64,000 nucleotides of DNA, taken from contig CALRXI020000004.1 in NCBI GenBank assembly GCA_943372125.1, forward strand, positions 1,242-65,241, given 5' to 3'. This document shows positions 38,206 through 47,775 of this stretch, piece by piece (the first letter of the stretch is position 1; the number at the start of each line of letters is the position of its first letter). The DNA comes from Brevundimonas vancanneytii (GTDB taxonomy: Bacteria; Pseudomonadota; Alphaproteobacteria; Caulobacterales; Caulobacteraceae). The notes under the pieces are model-generated. The model saw only the letters and a program-made list of their open reading frames with translations, did not search any database and was not told the DNA's origin. Position numbers and translations under genes: made by a program.

Positions 38206-38934
38206 ATGACGCGCTTCATGACGCTGGATTTCGCCGACGGCGACCGTGCCGCCCTGCTGGGCCAGGTCATCGGGATGGCGCGTGGCCCCTATGCCTATGT
38301 CGTCACGCCCAATGTGGATCACGTTATCAAGCTGATGGACGGCCGGGTCGGGACGGATGTCTATCAGGGCGCGGACCTGAAGATTTGCGACAGTCGCATC
38401 CTCAGCCATCTGGCCCGGCTGAAAGGTAAGCGACTGTCGGTCTATCCGGGCTCGGACATGGCGGCGGACCTGCTGGCTTCGAAAGCGGCGCGGGAGTTGA
38501 CGATTGCGGTGTTCGGCCCGGATCGGGCGGCGTTCGACGATCTGGTCGCGCGCTATCCGAAGGCCCGGCTGCAGTTTCTGGACGCCCCCATCCTGGTGCC
38601 CGACACGCCCGCATGGGACGTCGCCGTGCGCGCCGCCGCCGAGGCCGAATGGGAGGTACTGCTGGCCTGCGTCTCCTTCCCCAAACAGGAGCGGTTCGCC
38701 CATGCCCTGCGTCTGGCGGGGCGCTCGCAGGGTGTCACCCTGTGCGTCGGAGCCTCGGTGGATTTCCTGACCGGTCGTCAGCAGCGGGCCCCGCAGGTAT
38801 TCCAGCGTCTGTCACTGGAATGGCTGCATCGTTTGCTCAGTCAGCCACGCCGCATGTTCCGCCGCTATGTCATCGAGGGCCCGGCGATCCTGGGGTGGTT
38901 TGTCAGGACGGAGGTGTTGGGGCCAATAAGATAA
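38206..38934 (+). CDS. WecB/TagA/CpsF family glycosyltransferase
   Basis: VVTPNVDH, GSD, PKQE, VGASVDF, RAP, LEWLHRL, RRY. Confidence 0.92.
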   Translation: MTRFMTLDFADGDRAALLGQVIGMARGPYAYVVTPNVDHVIKLMDGRVGTDVYQGADLKICDSRILSHLARLKGKRLSVYPGSDMAADLLASKAARELTIAVFGPDRAAFDDLVARYPKARLQFLDAPILVPDTPAWDVAVRAAAEAEWEVLLACVSFPKQERFAHALRLAGRSQGVTLCVGASVDFLTGRQQRAPQVFQRLSLEWLHRLLSQPRRMFRRYVIEGPAILGWFVRTEVLGPIR

Positions 38935-39065
38935 TCCGCTCATCCCGGCGAAAGCCGGGATCCAGTCCTTTCGCTACGCACGATCTTCGGGATTGGCAGT
39001 AGCGGCCCGCCGGATGAATTAATCACCCAAAGAACTGGATCCCGGCTTTCGCCGGGATGAGCGGA
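38935..39065. repeat. 131-bp palindromic element (RPE/MITE-like)
   Basis: Perfect 32-bp terminal inverted repeats TCCGCTCATCCCGGCGAAAGCCGGGATCCAGT. Each contains an ATCCCGGC-GAAA-GCCGGGAT hairpin. Confidence 0.9.
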
Positions 39066-39071
39066 ATTTTA

Positions 39072-42000
39072 TCACGCAGCCACGATCTGTTCTGCCTGCT
39101 TCAGATCTACGCTGACCAACTGGCTGACCCCCCGCTCGGGCATGGTTACGCCATACAGCCGGTCCATGCGGCTCATGGTCACCGGATTGTGGGTGATGAC
39201 GATGAAGCGGGTGTCGGTGCGGTTGCGCATTTCGTTCAGCATGCGGCAGAAGCGGTCGACATTGGCGTCGTCCAGGGGCGCGTCGACCTCGTCCAGCACG
39301 CAGACCGGCGCCGGGTTCGCCAGGAAGACGGCGAAGATCAGGGCCGCCGCCGTCAGGGCCTGTTCGCCGCCGCTCATCAGGCTCATGACCGACAGCCGCT
39401 TGCCGGGCGGGCAGGCGTAGATTTCCAGACCGGCCTCCAGCGGATCGTCGCTCTCGACCAGTTTCAGCTCGGCCTGACCGCCGTCGAACAGGGCCTCGAA
39501 CAGGGCCTTGAAGTTGTCGTTGATCACGTCGAAGGCGGCGACCAGACGCTCGCGCCCCTCGGCGTTCAACTCGTCGATACCGTCGCGCAGCCTGGCGATG
39601 GCACTGGTCAGGTCGCTGCGTTCGACCTTCATGGTCTGCAGCCGGTCGCCGTATTCGGTGGCTTCGTCCTCGGCGCGCAGATTGACGGCCCCCAGCGCCT
39701 CGCGCTCGCGCTCCAGCCCATACAGCAGGCTTTCGGCCCCGGCCGCATCGGGCGGGCGGGCGATGGCGTCGTCGGTCAGCTTCTGGCCGAGCTCTTCGGG
39801 CGACATCTGGGCGGTTTCGCGCAGGTTCGCTTCGGTCTCGGCCAGCTTGTCGGCGGCCGCCTCGGCACGGGCGGACAGGCCTGCGCGTGCTTCACGGGCC
39901 GAGGAGGCGGCGGCATCAGCGGCGCGGCTAGCGCGGTCGGCCTCGCCGGCTTCGGCCTCGCCCACGGCCAGGGCGTCGGCGGCGGCACGGCGGCGGGTCT
40001 CGGCGGCGGTTAAGGCGTCCAGCAGGGCGGAGCGTTGCGCCGCCAGCTGTTCGGGCGCATCGGCGGCGGCCTTCAGCCGGGCCCCGACCTTCTCGGCGTC
40101 CTTCTCCAGTGCGACGACGCGGGCCCTGGAGTCCGAGGCGCGGCTGATCCAGCCGTCGCGCTCGCGGATCAGGCCGTCACGGCGGGCCGTGCGCCTGGCG
40201 ATCTCACGGGCCTCGCTGTCGCGTTCGACGCGCGCATTCGTGGCTGTGGTGCGGGCGGCGTCGGCGGCGCTGCGGGCGGTGGCCAGTTCGGCGCGCAGGC
40301 CCTCCAGCGTCTCGGAGGGCGCATCCCCGCCCTGCGCCTCGGCCAGGGCTGCGACGGCGGCCTCGTGTTCGGTGGTCAAGCGCGTGAGGGTCTCGTCCAG
40401 AGCCTGGGCGCGCGCCTCCTTGCGGGCCTGTTCGCGGCCCAAGGCCTCTACTCGGTCGCGGGCCGTGGTGACGGCCTTGTCCAGGGCGAAGGGGGCGGCG
40501 CGGGCGGTCTTCACGGCTTCTTCGGCGGTGCGGAAGGCCTCGGTCGCGGCCTTCATGGTGGCCTGGGCCGCGTCCAGCGCAGGCTTGCCGGTGTCGATCT
40601 CGGCTTCCAGTTCGGCCAGGCGCGTGCGCTGGGCCAGGCGGACGGCGGCGGGGCGCGGGGCCTCGGCCCGCTGGACGAAGCCGTCCCAGCGATAGAGGTC
40701 GCCCTCGCGCGTTACCAGCCGGGCTCCGGGCGGAAGGTCGCGGGCCAGGGCCGCCGCGGCGGTGCGGTCCGCGACGCCACAGAAGGCGAGCCGGGCGGCC
40801 AGGGCGGGCGGCGCGTTCACATGATCGGCCAGCGGCGTCACGCCCGACCGCCATGTCGCAGACGAGACCTCAGCCCCGGCCCAGTGGGCCGCCGCGCGGG
40901 CATCCAGCGCCGCGTCGAGATCGTCCCCCAGGGCTGCGGCCAGCGCCGCCTCATAGCCCTTGTCGGCGCGGACCTGATCCAGGGCGGGTGGATGGTCACG
41001 ACGTCCCTGCGTCAGCAACTGCGCCAGCCCTCGGGCCTCGGTCTGCAACCGGCCCAGCCGGTCCTCGGCGGCGCGGACGGCGGTGCGGGCCTCGGCCTCG
41101 GCGCGGGCGCGGTCGCCACGCTCTGACTCGGCGGCTTCGACGGCGGCGCGAGCTTCGGCCAGGTCGGCCTGGGCCTCGGCCAGTTCGGCCGAGGCGGCTT
41201 CGATCTGCGGCGTGTCAAGCGGACCCAGCGCCTCGCGCTCGGCCCTTGCCGGGGTTAGCTGGGCCTCCGCCCGCGCCACGCGGGCCTCGGCATCGCGCTT
41301 GCGGGCGTTTTCGGCGTTCAGCCGAGCCTCGACCGAGGCGACGGCCCCGGCCACGCGCTCGACCTCGGCATCGGCGGCGCGGCGGGCGTCCTCGGCGGCG
41401 GCGAGGGCCGTCTCCAGTTCCGGGCCACGGGCCGGGGCGGCGGCGATCTCCGCCTCGACGGCGGCCAGAGCTTCGGCGATCCGGCCCAACTCGGCGGCGG
41501 CGTCGTCGGCCATGCCACCTTCGCGCTCGATATCGGCGGCGATGCGCGTGGTCTCGGCCTGGAGCCGCTCGACCTCGGCCCGCGCCGCCTGTTCGGCCAT
41601 GTCCAGCCGGTCGCGTTCCAGACTGGCGCGGTGCAGCAGGGCGGCGGCGACGGCATCTTCTTCCCGCGCCGGCTTCAGTGCCTCCTGGGCTTTCAAGGCG
41701 GCGGTTTGGGCGGCGGCGGCGGCGCTGGTGGCTGCGGCGACGGCGCGGTCCGCCTCGGCCAGTTCGGCGGCGGCTCCCTCTGCAGCGACACGCGCATCAT
41801 TCCAGCGCACGAACAGCAAGGCGGCCTGCAGGGCGCGGATTTCGGCGCTGATCTTCTTGTAGCGTTCGGCCTGACGCGCCTCGCGCTTCAGCCGGTTCAG
41901 GGCGGTTTCCAGCTCGCGCCCAATGTCGTCCAGCCGCTCCAGATTGGCCTCGGCCGCCTTCAGCCGCAGCTCGGCCTCATGGCGGCGGGTATGCAGGCCG

Positions 42001-42512
42001 GCGACGCCGCCTGCTTCTTCCAGGATACGCCTGCGGTTCTGGGGCTTGGCGGCGATCAGTTCGCTGATCTGGCCCTGACGCACAAGGGCCGGGCTGTTGG
42101 CCCCGGTCGAGGCGTCGGCGAACAGCAACTGGACGTCGCGGGCCCGCACCTCCTTGCCGTTGATGCGATAGGTCGAGCCCTGGCCCCGGTCGATGCGGCG
42201 TGACACCTCCAGCATGGGGGCGTCGGTGAAGGGCTGCGGGGCCCGACGCTGGGCATTGTCGATGGTCAGCTGGACTTCGGCATGGTTGCGCGGCGGGCGG
42301 TCGGCGGCCCCGGCGAAGATGACGTCGTCCATGCCCTGGCCGCGCATGGCCTTGGCCGAGTTGGCACCCATGACCCAGCGCATGCTCTCCAGCACATTGG
42401 ACTTGCCGCAGCCATTGGGACCGACGATGCCGGTCAGGCCGGGTTCGATATGCACTTCCGCCGGGTCCACGAAGGACTTGAAGCCCACCAGGCGGAGGCG
42501 CTGGAACTGCAT
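39072..42512 (-). CDS. smc: Chromosome segregation protein SMC
   Basis: [14 protein letters not shown], long coiled coils with hinge, [20 protein letters not shown]. Confidence 0.97.
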   Translation of the reverse strand: MQFQRLRLVGFKSFVDPAEVHIEPGLTGIVGPNGCGKSNVLESMRWVMGANSAKAMRGQGMDDVIFAGAADRPPRNHAEVQLTIDNAQRRAPQPFTDAPMLEVSRRIDRGQGSTYRINGKEVRARDVQLLFADASTGANSPALVRQGQISELIAAKPQNRRRILEEAGGVAGLHTRRHEAELRLKAAEANLERLDDIGRELETALNRLKREARQAERYKKISAEIRALQAALLFVRWNDARVAAEGAAAELAEADRAVAAATSAAAAAQTAALKAQEALKPAREEDAVAAALLHRASLERDRLDMAEQAARAEVERLQAETTRIAADIEREGGMADDAAAELGRIAEALAAVEAEIAAAPARGPELETALAAAEDARRAADAEVERVAGAVASVEARLNAENARKRDAEARVARAEAQLTPARAEREALGPLDTPQIEAASAELAEAQADLAEARAAVEAAESERGDRARAEAEARTAVRAAEDRLGRLQTEARGLAQLLTQGRRDHPPALDQVRADKGYEAALAAALGDDLDAALDARAAAHWAGAEVSSATWRSGVTPLADHVNAPPALAARLAFCGVADRTAAAALARDLPPGARLVTREGDLYRWDGFVQRAEAPRPAAVRLAQRTRLAELEAEIDTGKPALDAAQATMKAATEAFRTAEEAVKTARAAPFALDKAVTTARDRVEALGREQARKEARAQALDETLTRLTTEHEAAVAALAEAQGGDAPSETLEGLRAELATARSAADAARTTATNARVERDSEAREIARRTARRDGLIRERDGWISRASDSRARVVALEKDAEKVGARLKAAADAPEQLAAQRSALLDALTAAETRRRAAADALAVGEAEAGEADRASRAADAAASSAREARAGLSARAEAAADKLAETEANLRETAQMSPEELGQKLTDDAIARPPDAAGAESLLYGLEREREALGAVNLRAEDEATEYGDRLQTMKVERSDLTSAIARLRDGIDELNAEGRERLVAAFDVINDNFKALFEALFDGGQAELKLVESDDPLEAGLEIYACPPGKRLSVMSLMSGGEQALTAAALIFAVFLANPAPVCVLDEVDAPLDDANVDRFCRMLNEMRNRTDTRFIVITHNPVTMSRMDRLYGVTMPERGVSQLVSVDLKQAEQIVAA

Positions 42513-42523
42513 GGGCTAGGGCG

Positions 42524-43135
42524 TCAGCCCCCGGCCCGGGCGGCGCGGATGGCGGCTTCCAGTCCAGCCAGGCTGCGATCGGTCACGGGCTTGCCGTTGA
42601 CGAAGAAGCTGGGGGTGGAGTTCACACCCGCCGCCACGGCACCCTGGATGTCGGCATTGATGGCCGCCTGGGTTTCGGGGCTGGCGGCGCAGGTCTGGAT
42701 CTGGTCGCGCGTGCGGCCGCTGGCGGCGATGGCGGGCGCATACCAGTCCTGGAGCAACCCCCCTTCCAGCACCGCGCGCTGATTGTGCATCAGCGCGCTG
42801 GCGACATCGAAGAACTTCTCGGGCACCGCGCAGCGCGCCAGAGCGGCACCCGACAGCGACATCTGCTCCGGCTGGGTGGGCAGGTTGCGGAAGACGTAGC
42901 GGACCTGACCGGTATCGACGAAGCGGGCCTTGAAGGCTGGATAGACGTCGTTGTGCCAGGCCGCGCAATGGTTGCAGGAGAAGGAGGCGTATTCGATGAC
43001 CGTCACCGGCGCATCCGCCCGGCCCAGGACGCGATCCTGGGCCGTGACGGCGGGCAGTTGAGCGAGGGCGGGGGCCGCCGTCGACCAGATCAGGGCAGCG
43101 GCCATTGCGCCGAGGGTGCGCCGGTTCAGGGTCAT
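42524..43135 (-). CDS. DsbA family thioredoxin-domain protein
   Basis: EYASFSCNHC and STP cis-Pro loop; RR-containing signal peptide. Confidence 0.9.
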   Translation of the reverse strand: MTLNRRTLGAMAAALIWSTAAPALAQLPAVTAQDRVLGRADAPVTVIEYASFSCNHCAAWHNDVYPAFKARFVDTGQVRYVFRNLPTQPEQMSLSGAALARCAVPEKFFDVASALMHNQRAVLEGGLLQDWYAPAIAASGRTRDQIQTCAASPETQAAINADIQGAVAAGVNSTPSFFVNGKPVTDRSLAGLEAAIRAARAGG

Positions 43136-43138
43136 GTC

Positions 43139-43801
43139 CTACTTGACCAGTTCGGCGTCGATGGCCTTGGACAGGTCGGCCATGGAGGTGCCGCTTTGCG
43201 AGCCGGGGGTTTCAACCTTGACACCGTTCACGAGGAAGGTCGGTGTCCCGGTCACGCCGGCCTGTTGCGCGGCGCGGGCGCGCTCGTCGACGGCGGCCTG
43301 GGCCTCGGGGTCCTTGATGCAGGTCTCGATCTGGCTGTTGCTCAGGCCTACGCCGTTGCCGACGCGGAACAGGACGGCACGCGCGCCGCTGGTATCGCCG
43401 CCGGCAAACATCTCGTCCTGGCTGGACAGGAGTTCGTGCACGACATCGAAATATTTGTCGGGTCCGGCGCAGCGAGCGATCATGAAGCCGGCGGCGGCGA
43501 CATTGGCCGGCGGGGTCGGGATTTCGCGGAAGACGTAGCGGATCTTGTTGGTGTCGACATAGGCGGTCTTGAACTCTTGCCAGTTCTCTTCCTGCCAGGC
43601 CGCGCAGACGTGGCAGGTGACCGAGGCGTATTCGATGACCGTAACCTTGGCGCCTTCCGGTGCACCAAGAGCCATGTCGCCCTCGGCCGCCGCGCCCGCA
43701 CCGCCACCACCGCAACCCGTCAGGGCGGCCATCCCGGCCAAGGCTGCTGCGGTCAGGGCCGCGCGGCGGCTCATCTGGGCGTACGTCGATTTGAAGGTCA
43801 T
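43139..43801 (-). CDS. DsbA family protein, probable Tat lipoprotein
   Basis: SRRAAL...LTGC lipobox, EYASVTCHVC, GTPTF. GAGG before ATG 43801. Confidence 0.88.
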   Translation of the reverse strand: MTFKSTYAQMSRRAALTAAALAGMAALTGCGGGGAGAAAEGDMALGAPEGAKVTVIEYASVTCHVCAAWQEENWQEFKTAYVDTNKIRYVFREIPTPPANVAAAGFMIARCAGPDKYFDVVHELLSSQDEMFAGGDTSGARAVLFRVGNGVGLSNSQIETCIKDPEAQAAVDERARAAQQAGVTGTPTFLVNGVKVETPGSQSGTSMADLSKAIDAELVK

Positions 43802-43898
43802 GGCGTCGTCCTCACGGCTGGGGGATTTGTCTGCATCGCGCGATTCCCCGAACGCGCGCATGTCGTGCACCTTCGAGAACAGAAGCGGCGAAGTTTTG

Positions 43899-44453
43899 TC
43901 AACCGCCAGCACCGTCACGGTCGCTCAGGACCGCGCGCCCCAGTCGCTCCAGCGAGCCCTTCAGGCCGTCAGGCGCGGTGGCGACGGAAGCCCTCAGCTC
44001 GGCCTCCTGATGCGCGGGCAGGGGCGGCGGGGCGGTCCGGCGCTTCGGCTGGGTCGGGGTGTCGTCCAGCGGTTTGACCGGCCCCTGGGCGATGCGCAGC
44101 TTGTCCACCGTCCCGGCCCCCAGGAACAGGTTGACCCGCTGCAGGATGTCCTCGGACTGATGCTGGACCAGCAAGGCGGCGGCACCCACGACCCGCAGTT
44201 CCAGCGTGCCTGCCGACCCGCCACGTCCCTTGGTCAGTTTCTGGGGGCGACTGACGCGGGCCAGGCGGTCGCCGACGATCTCGCGCCAGCGGGCCTCCAG
44301 CGCGCCGGGACCGCGTCCGAACTGGCCGTCCAGATCCTTGATCAGCTTTTGCAGCGCGCGCCCGGCCCGAGGCGCAGGCCGGGGCAAGGGTCGCGTGCGA
44401 CGGCGCGACAGGATTTCGCGGGCCTCTTCGTCGGTGGGCAGCGTGCGGCGCAT
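43899..44453 (-). CDS. DUF721 / DciA-like protein
   Basis: LEARWREIVG...LVQHQSEDILQRVNLFLG; position between dsbA and mutY. Confidence 0.85.
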   Translation of the reverse strand: MRRTLPTDEEAREILSRRRTRPLPRPAPRAGRALQKLIKDLDGQFGRGPGALEARWREIVGDRLARVSRPQKLTKGRGGSAGTLELRVVGAAALLVQHQSEDILQRVNLFLGAGTVDKLRIAQGPVKPLDDTPTQPKRRTAPPPLPAHQEAELRASVATAPDGLKGSLERLGRAVLSDRDGAGG

Positions 44454-44474
44454 TTCCGGTCTATAGCGCAGGGA

Positions 44475-45533
44475 ATGGACGCCGTCCCGCCCTCAGACAC
44501 ATCTGCACCGGAGGTGGCCCGCATCCGCGCCGCGCTGCTGGACTGGTATGCGGTTCATGCGCGGACGCTGGTCTGGCGCGCGCCGCCGGGGTCGCACGAC
44601 CGCCCCGATCCTTACCGCGTCTGGCTGTCCGAGGTGATGCTGCAGCAGACGACCACGCCGCATGCCACCCCCTATTTCCTGGCCTTCACCGCGCGCTGGC
44701 CGACGGTGGAGGCTCTGGCGGCGGCTGAGGACGGCGACGTCATGGCCGCCTGGGCAGGGCTGGGCTACTATGCCCGCGCCCGAAACCTGCTGGCCTGCGC
44801 CCGGGCCGTGGCGCGCGACCACGGTGGCGTCTTTCCGGGCACCGAGGCGGAACTGCTGAAACTCCCCGGCGTCGGGGCCTATACCGCCGCCGCGGTCGCC
44901 GCCATCGCCTTCGGGCAACCGGCCAATGTCGTGGACGGCAATGTGGAGCGGGTCATGGCGCGGCTGTTCGCGGTCGAGACACCGCTGCCCGCCGCTCGGC
45001 CGCAGTTGAAGGCGCTGGCCGCCCGTTTCGTGCTTGGCGATCAGCCAGGAGCGGAGCATGCGGACTGGCCACAGGCGCTGATGGACCTCGGCGCGACGCT
45101 CTGCCGGCCGAAGTCGCCGCTGTGCGAGCAATGCCCCGTCGCCTTCGGCTGCGCCGCCCTGGCGACCGGCGAGCCGGGCCGCTATCCGCTGAAGTCGAAG
45201 AAGGCCGAGCGTCCGCATCGCCGTGGCATCGCCTGGGTGCTGCGCGACGCTCAGGGAGGGGTCGCCCTCGTGCGTCGTCCGGACAAGGGCCTGCTGGGCG
45301 GCATGCTGGGCCTGCCGACGTCGGACTGGTCCGAGGCCCCCGACGCCACGCCGCCCGTGGTCGCCGACTGGCAGGACGCCGGATCGATCGACCACGTCTT
45401 CACCCACTTCAGCCTGACGCTGACGGTCAGGGTGGCGACCGGAACGGGTGATTTCCTCTGGACGGAAGAGACGCAGGCTCTGACCGATCTACCGACGGTG
45501 TTTAGCAAGGCCCTGGAGCGTGCGCTGGCCTAG
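44475..45533 (+). CDS. mutY: A/G-specific adenine glycosylase
   Basis: WLSEVMLQQT, WAGLGYYARARN, LPGVGAYTA, VDGNV, CRPKSPLCEQCP...C Fe-S motif, HVFTHF. Confidence 0.96.
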   Translation: MDAVPPSDTSAPEVARIRAALLDWYAVHARTLVWRAPPGSHDRPDPYRVWLSEVMLQQTTTPHATPYFLAFTARWPTVEALAAAEDGDVMAAWAGLGYYARARNLLACARAVARDHGGVFPGTEAELLKLPGVGAYTAAAVAAIAFGQPANVVDGNVERVMARLFAVETPLPAARPQLKALAARFVLGDQPGAEHADWPQALMDLGATLCRPKSPLCEQCPVAFGCAALATGEPGRYPLKSKKAERPHRRGIAWVLRDAQGGVALVRRPDKGLLGGMLGLPTSDWSEAPDATPPVVADWQDAGSIDHVFTHFSLTLTVRVATGTGDFLWTEETQALTDLPTVFSKALERALA

Positions 45534-47683
45534 CCGATGGTCCGTACCGCGACCAGTCCAGCCCGATGCCTCGGCACGACCACCGTGTGCAGGCCCATCT
45601 GCTGGAATGACAGGTCCAGGGTCGCGTCGCCGACCTTCAGGTCCGTGACGTTCAGCCGCTCGATGCCGACGGGCAGGACCGGGCTGTCGATCTCGACAGT
45701 CCCCGCCACCGCGTCGATCCGCACGCCCAGCGCCGACTGCAGCATCAGGAACACCGAGCCGGCGGCCCAGGCCTGGGGCAGGCAGGCGACGGGATAGGCG
45801 ATCGGGGCCTCGCCCGCTGTGCGCTCGAAGCCGCAGAACAGTTCGGGCAGGCGAAGGTTGAAGCTGGCGGCGGCCTCGTAGATTTCGCTCAGCAACAAGG
45901 CCACGGCGCGTCGCTCGCCGTAGCGGGCCATGCCCGCCGCCGCCATCGCCGTGTCGTGCGGCCAGACCGAGCCGTTGTGATAGCTCAACGGATTGAACCG
46001 CGCCTGTCCCCGCGCCAGCGTCCGCACGCCCCAGCCGGAGCGGAAGTCGGCCCCCAGCATGCGCTTCGCCACCTTCAGCGCCCGCTCGCGCGACGGCAGG
46101 CCGGTGAAGAGCAGATGCCCGGCATTGGAGCCGATAGACCGCACGGCCTCGCCGTCGCCGTCCAGGGCGATGGCGTAGAAGCCCTGGTCTTCCATCCAGA
46201 ACCTGTTCTCGACAAGGCTGCGCACCCGCTCGGCCCGATCTGACCACTGCTGCGGGTCCGGCTCGCCCAGAGCCTTCGCCAGTTCCGCCATCGCCTGCCA
46301 GGCGGCGAATGCATAACCCTGGACCTCCAGCAGGGCGATCGGCCCTTTGGGGAACCGCCCGTCGGTGTGGAAGATGGAATCCTCCGAGTCCTTCCAGCCC
46401 TGGTTGGATAGTCCGGTGTCGGCCCCGCGCTGATAGCTGATCAGGCCGTCGCCGCGCACGTCGCCTTCCTTGGTCATCCACCCGGTGGCGGCGATCAGGT
46501 TGGGCCACAAGGTGCGGATCGTCTCGAAATCACCCGTCCGCTTCGCATAGGCCCCGGCCAGGGCGACGAACAGACAGGTGGTGTCGACCCCGCCGTAGTA
46601 GAGGCCGAACGGCACCTCGCCCAGCGCACTCATCTCGCCGCCGCGCGTCTCATGCATGATCTTGCCGGGCGCAGAATCCTGAAACGCGGAGGTGTCGGTC
46701 GCCTGGCGGCTGGCCAGATAGGTCAGGACGCCCTTGGCCAGTGACGGATCGAGCCACAGCATCTGCCAGGCCGTGATGATGCCGTCGCGCCCGAACGGGG
46801 TCGAGAACCACGGCACGCCGGCGTAAGGGTAGGGGCCGGTCGGCAGGTCGGTGGTCAGCAGGGCGACATCCGCCCGGCTCTGGTCCAGCCAGTCGTTGAA
46901 GCGCGGGCTGCGCGGCCCCCGTACCGAGGCCCCGCGCCTGCGTCGACTGCGCATCGCGAGGCGTGCCTGGACGGCGCTCAGCCGGAAGCGTGTCTCGTCC
47001 GGGGCCTCGCAGGCGTCCGGACCGCATTCGACATAGAGGTCCTGATGGCGGCCCTTGGGCAGGCTGAACATGAACTCGGCGCGTCCGCCGCTCAGTCTGG
47101 CCGGCGGTTCGGAGAAGGCCAGGCAACTCATCCGCTCGACCTCGTCCAGACCGCGATAACGGAAGGTCACGCGCCGCCCGTCATGCGTCGGCGGCGACAG
47201 TGTGCCGGTCTTCAGCCGGGGCGTGCCGCGCACCTGGAAAATGTCCGCGAAATCGGCCCCGAACTCATAGGCCAGCGGCAGCAGCACATCCTCCATGCCG
47301 TGATTGGAGATGCGCACCCGCTCGAACAGCCGCCGGTCCCAGACGAAGCGCCGCCGCTCGATATGCAGCACGCCCGCCGGGGCCGATCGCCCGCCCATGG
47401 GGGGCAGGGGCCGGTTGGTCGAATGGCAGGTGAAGAAGACGTTGTCCTGGCTGACGCCCGAGCTCAGCCGCGACGGCCGCGCCCCGCCGACCGTCATGAC
47501 CAGCCGTGACAGCAGGCGGGTGTCATTGTCGAACAGGCCGTCGGCCCCGCCCGCCATGTCACCCCAGCCGTCGGCCACCAGAAAGGTGTCGGCATCCTTC
47601 AACGCCATCAGCCGCTCCAGGCTGTCGGCCTCGCCGGTCCCGCTGTCGGCAGCGGCCAGTTGGGTCGAATAGGCGTCATCCAT
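45530..47683 (-). CDS. Amylo-alpha-1,6-glucosidase / glycogen-debranching-like glycoside hydrolase
   Basis: AGVPWFSTPFGRD, PGKIMHE, QGWKDS, YHNGSVWPHD, RLPELFCG, PQAWAA. Start at ATG 47683. Confidence 0.9.
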   Translation of the reverse strand: MDDAYSTQLAAADSGTGEADSLERLMALKDADTFLVADGWGDMAGGADGLFDNDTRLLSRLVMTVGGARPSRLSSGVSQDNVFFTCHSTNRPLPPMGGRSAPAGVLHIERRRFVWDRRLFERVRISNHGMEDVLLPLAYEFGADFADIFQVRGTPRLKTGTLSPPTHDGRRVTFRYRGLDEVERMSCLAFSEPPARLSGGRAEFMFSLPKGRHQDLYVECGPDACEAPDETRFRLSAVQARLAMRSRRRRGASVRGPRSPRFNDWLDQSRADVALLTTDLPTGPYPYAGVPWFSTPFGRDGIITAWQMLWLDPSLAKGVLTYLASRQATDTSAFQDSAPGKIMHETRGGEMSALGEVPFGLYYGGVDTTCLFVALAGAYAKRTGDFETIRTLWPNLIAATGWMTKEGDVRGDGLISYQRGADTGLSNQGWKDSEDSIFHTDGRFPKGPIALLEVQGYAFAAWQAMAELAKALGEPDPQQWSDRAERVRSLVENRFWMEDQGFYAIALDGDGEAVRSIGSNAGHLLFTGLPSRERALKVAKRMLGADFRSGWGVRTLARGQARFNPLSYHNGSVWPHDTAMAAAGMARYGERRAVALLLSEIYEAAASFNLRLPELFCGFERTAGEAPIAYPVACLPQAWAAGSVFLMLQSALGVRIDAVAGTVEIDSPVLPVGIERLNVTDLKVGDATLDLSFQQMGLHTVVVPRHRAGLVAVRTIG

Positions 47684-47775
47684 GCAGGCTCTCTCGCGTG
47701 TCGTCTCAGGTCCGGGCCAACATAGGCCGGAATGCGCGAGGAAAATGGCCCCGATGCGGAATTGATCCGTTTGGC

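Noticed and set aside
39700-41800. Low-complexity Ala/Glu/Arg-rich repetitive DNA
   Set aside because: Explained by the SMC coiled-coil arms; it is not a tandem repeat array.
43569-44474. Apparent 654-aa MutY with a long N-terminal domain
   Set aside because: The extension is antisense to dsbA and DUF721; MutY similarity starts near 44475.
45040-45072. Short extra peptide in MutY (GDQPGAEHADW) with CCAG...CTGG ends, as a possible fourth hairpin-element copy
   Set aside because: It lacks the CTCAAGCAGCGA core and the stem is only 4-5 bp, which is indistinguishable from chance in GC-rich DNA.
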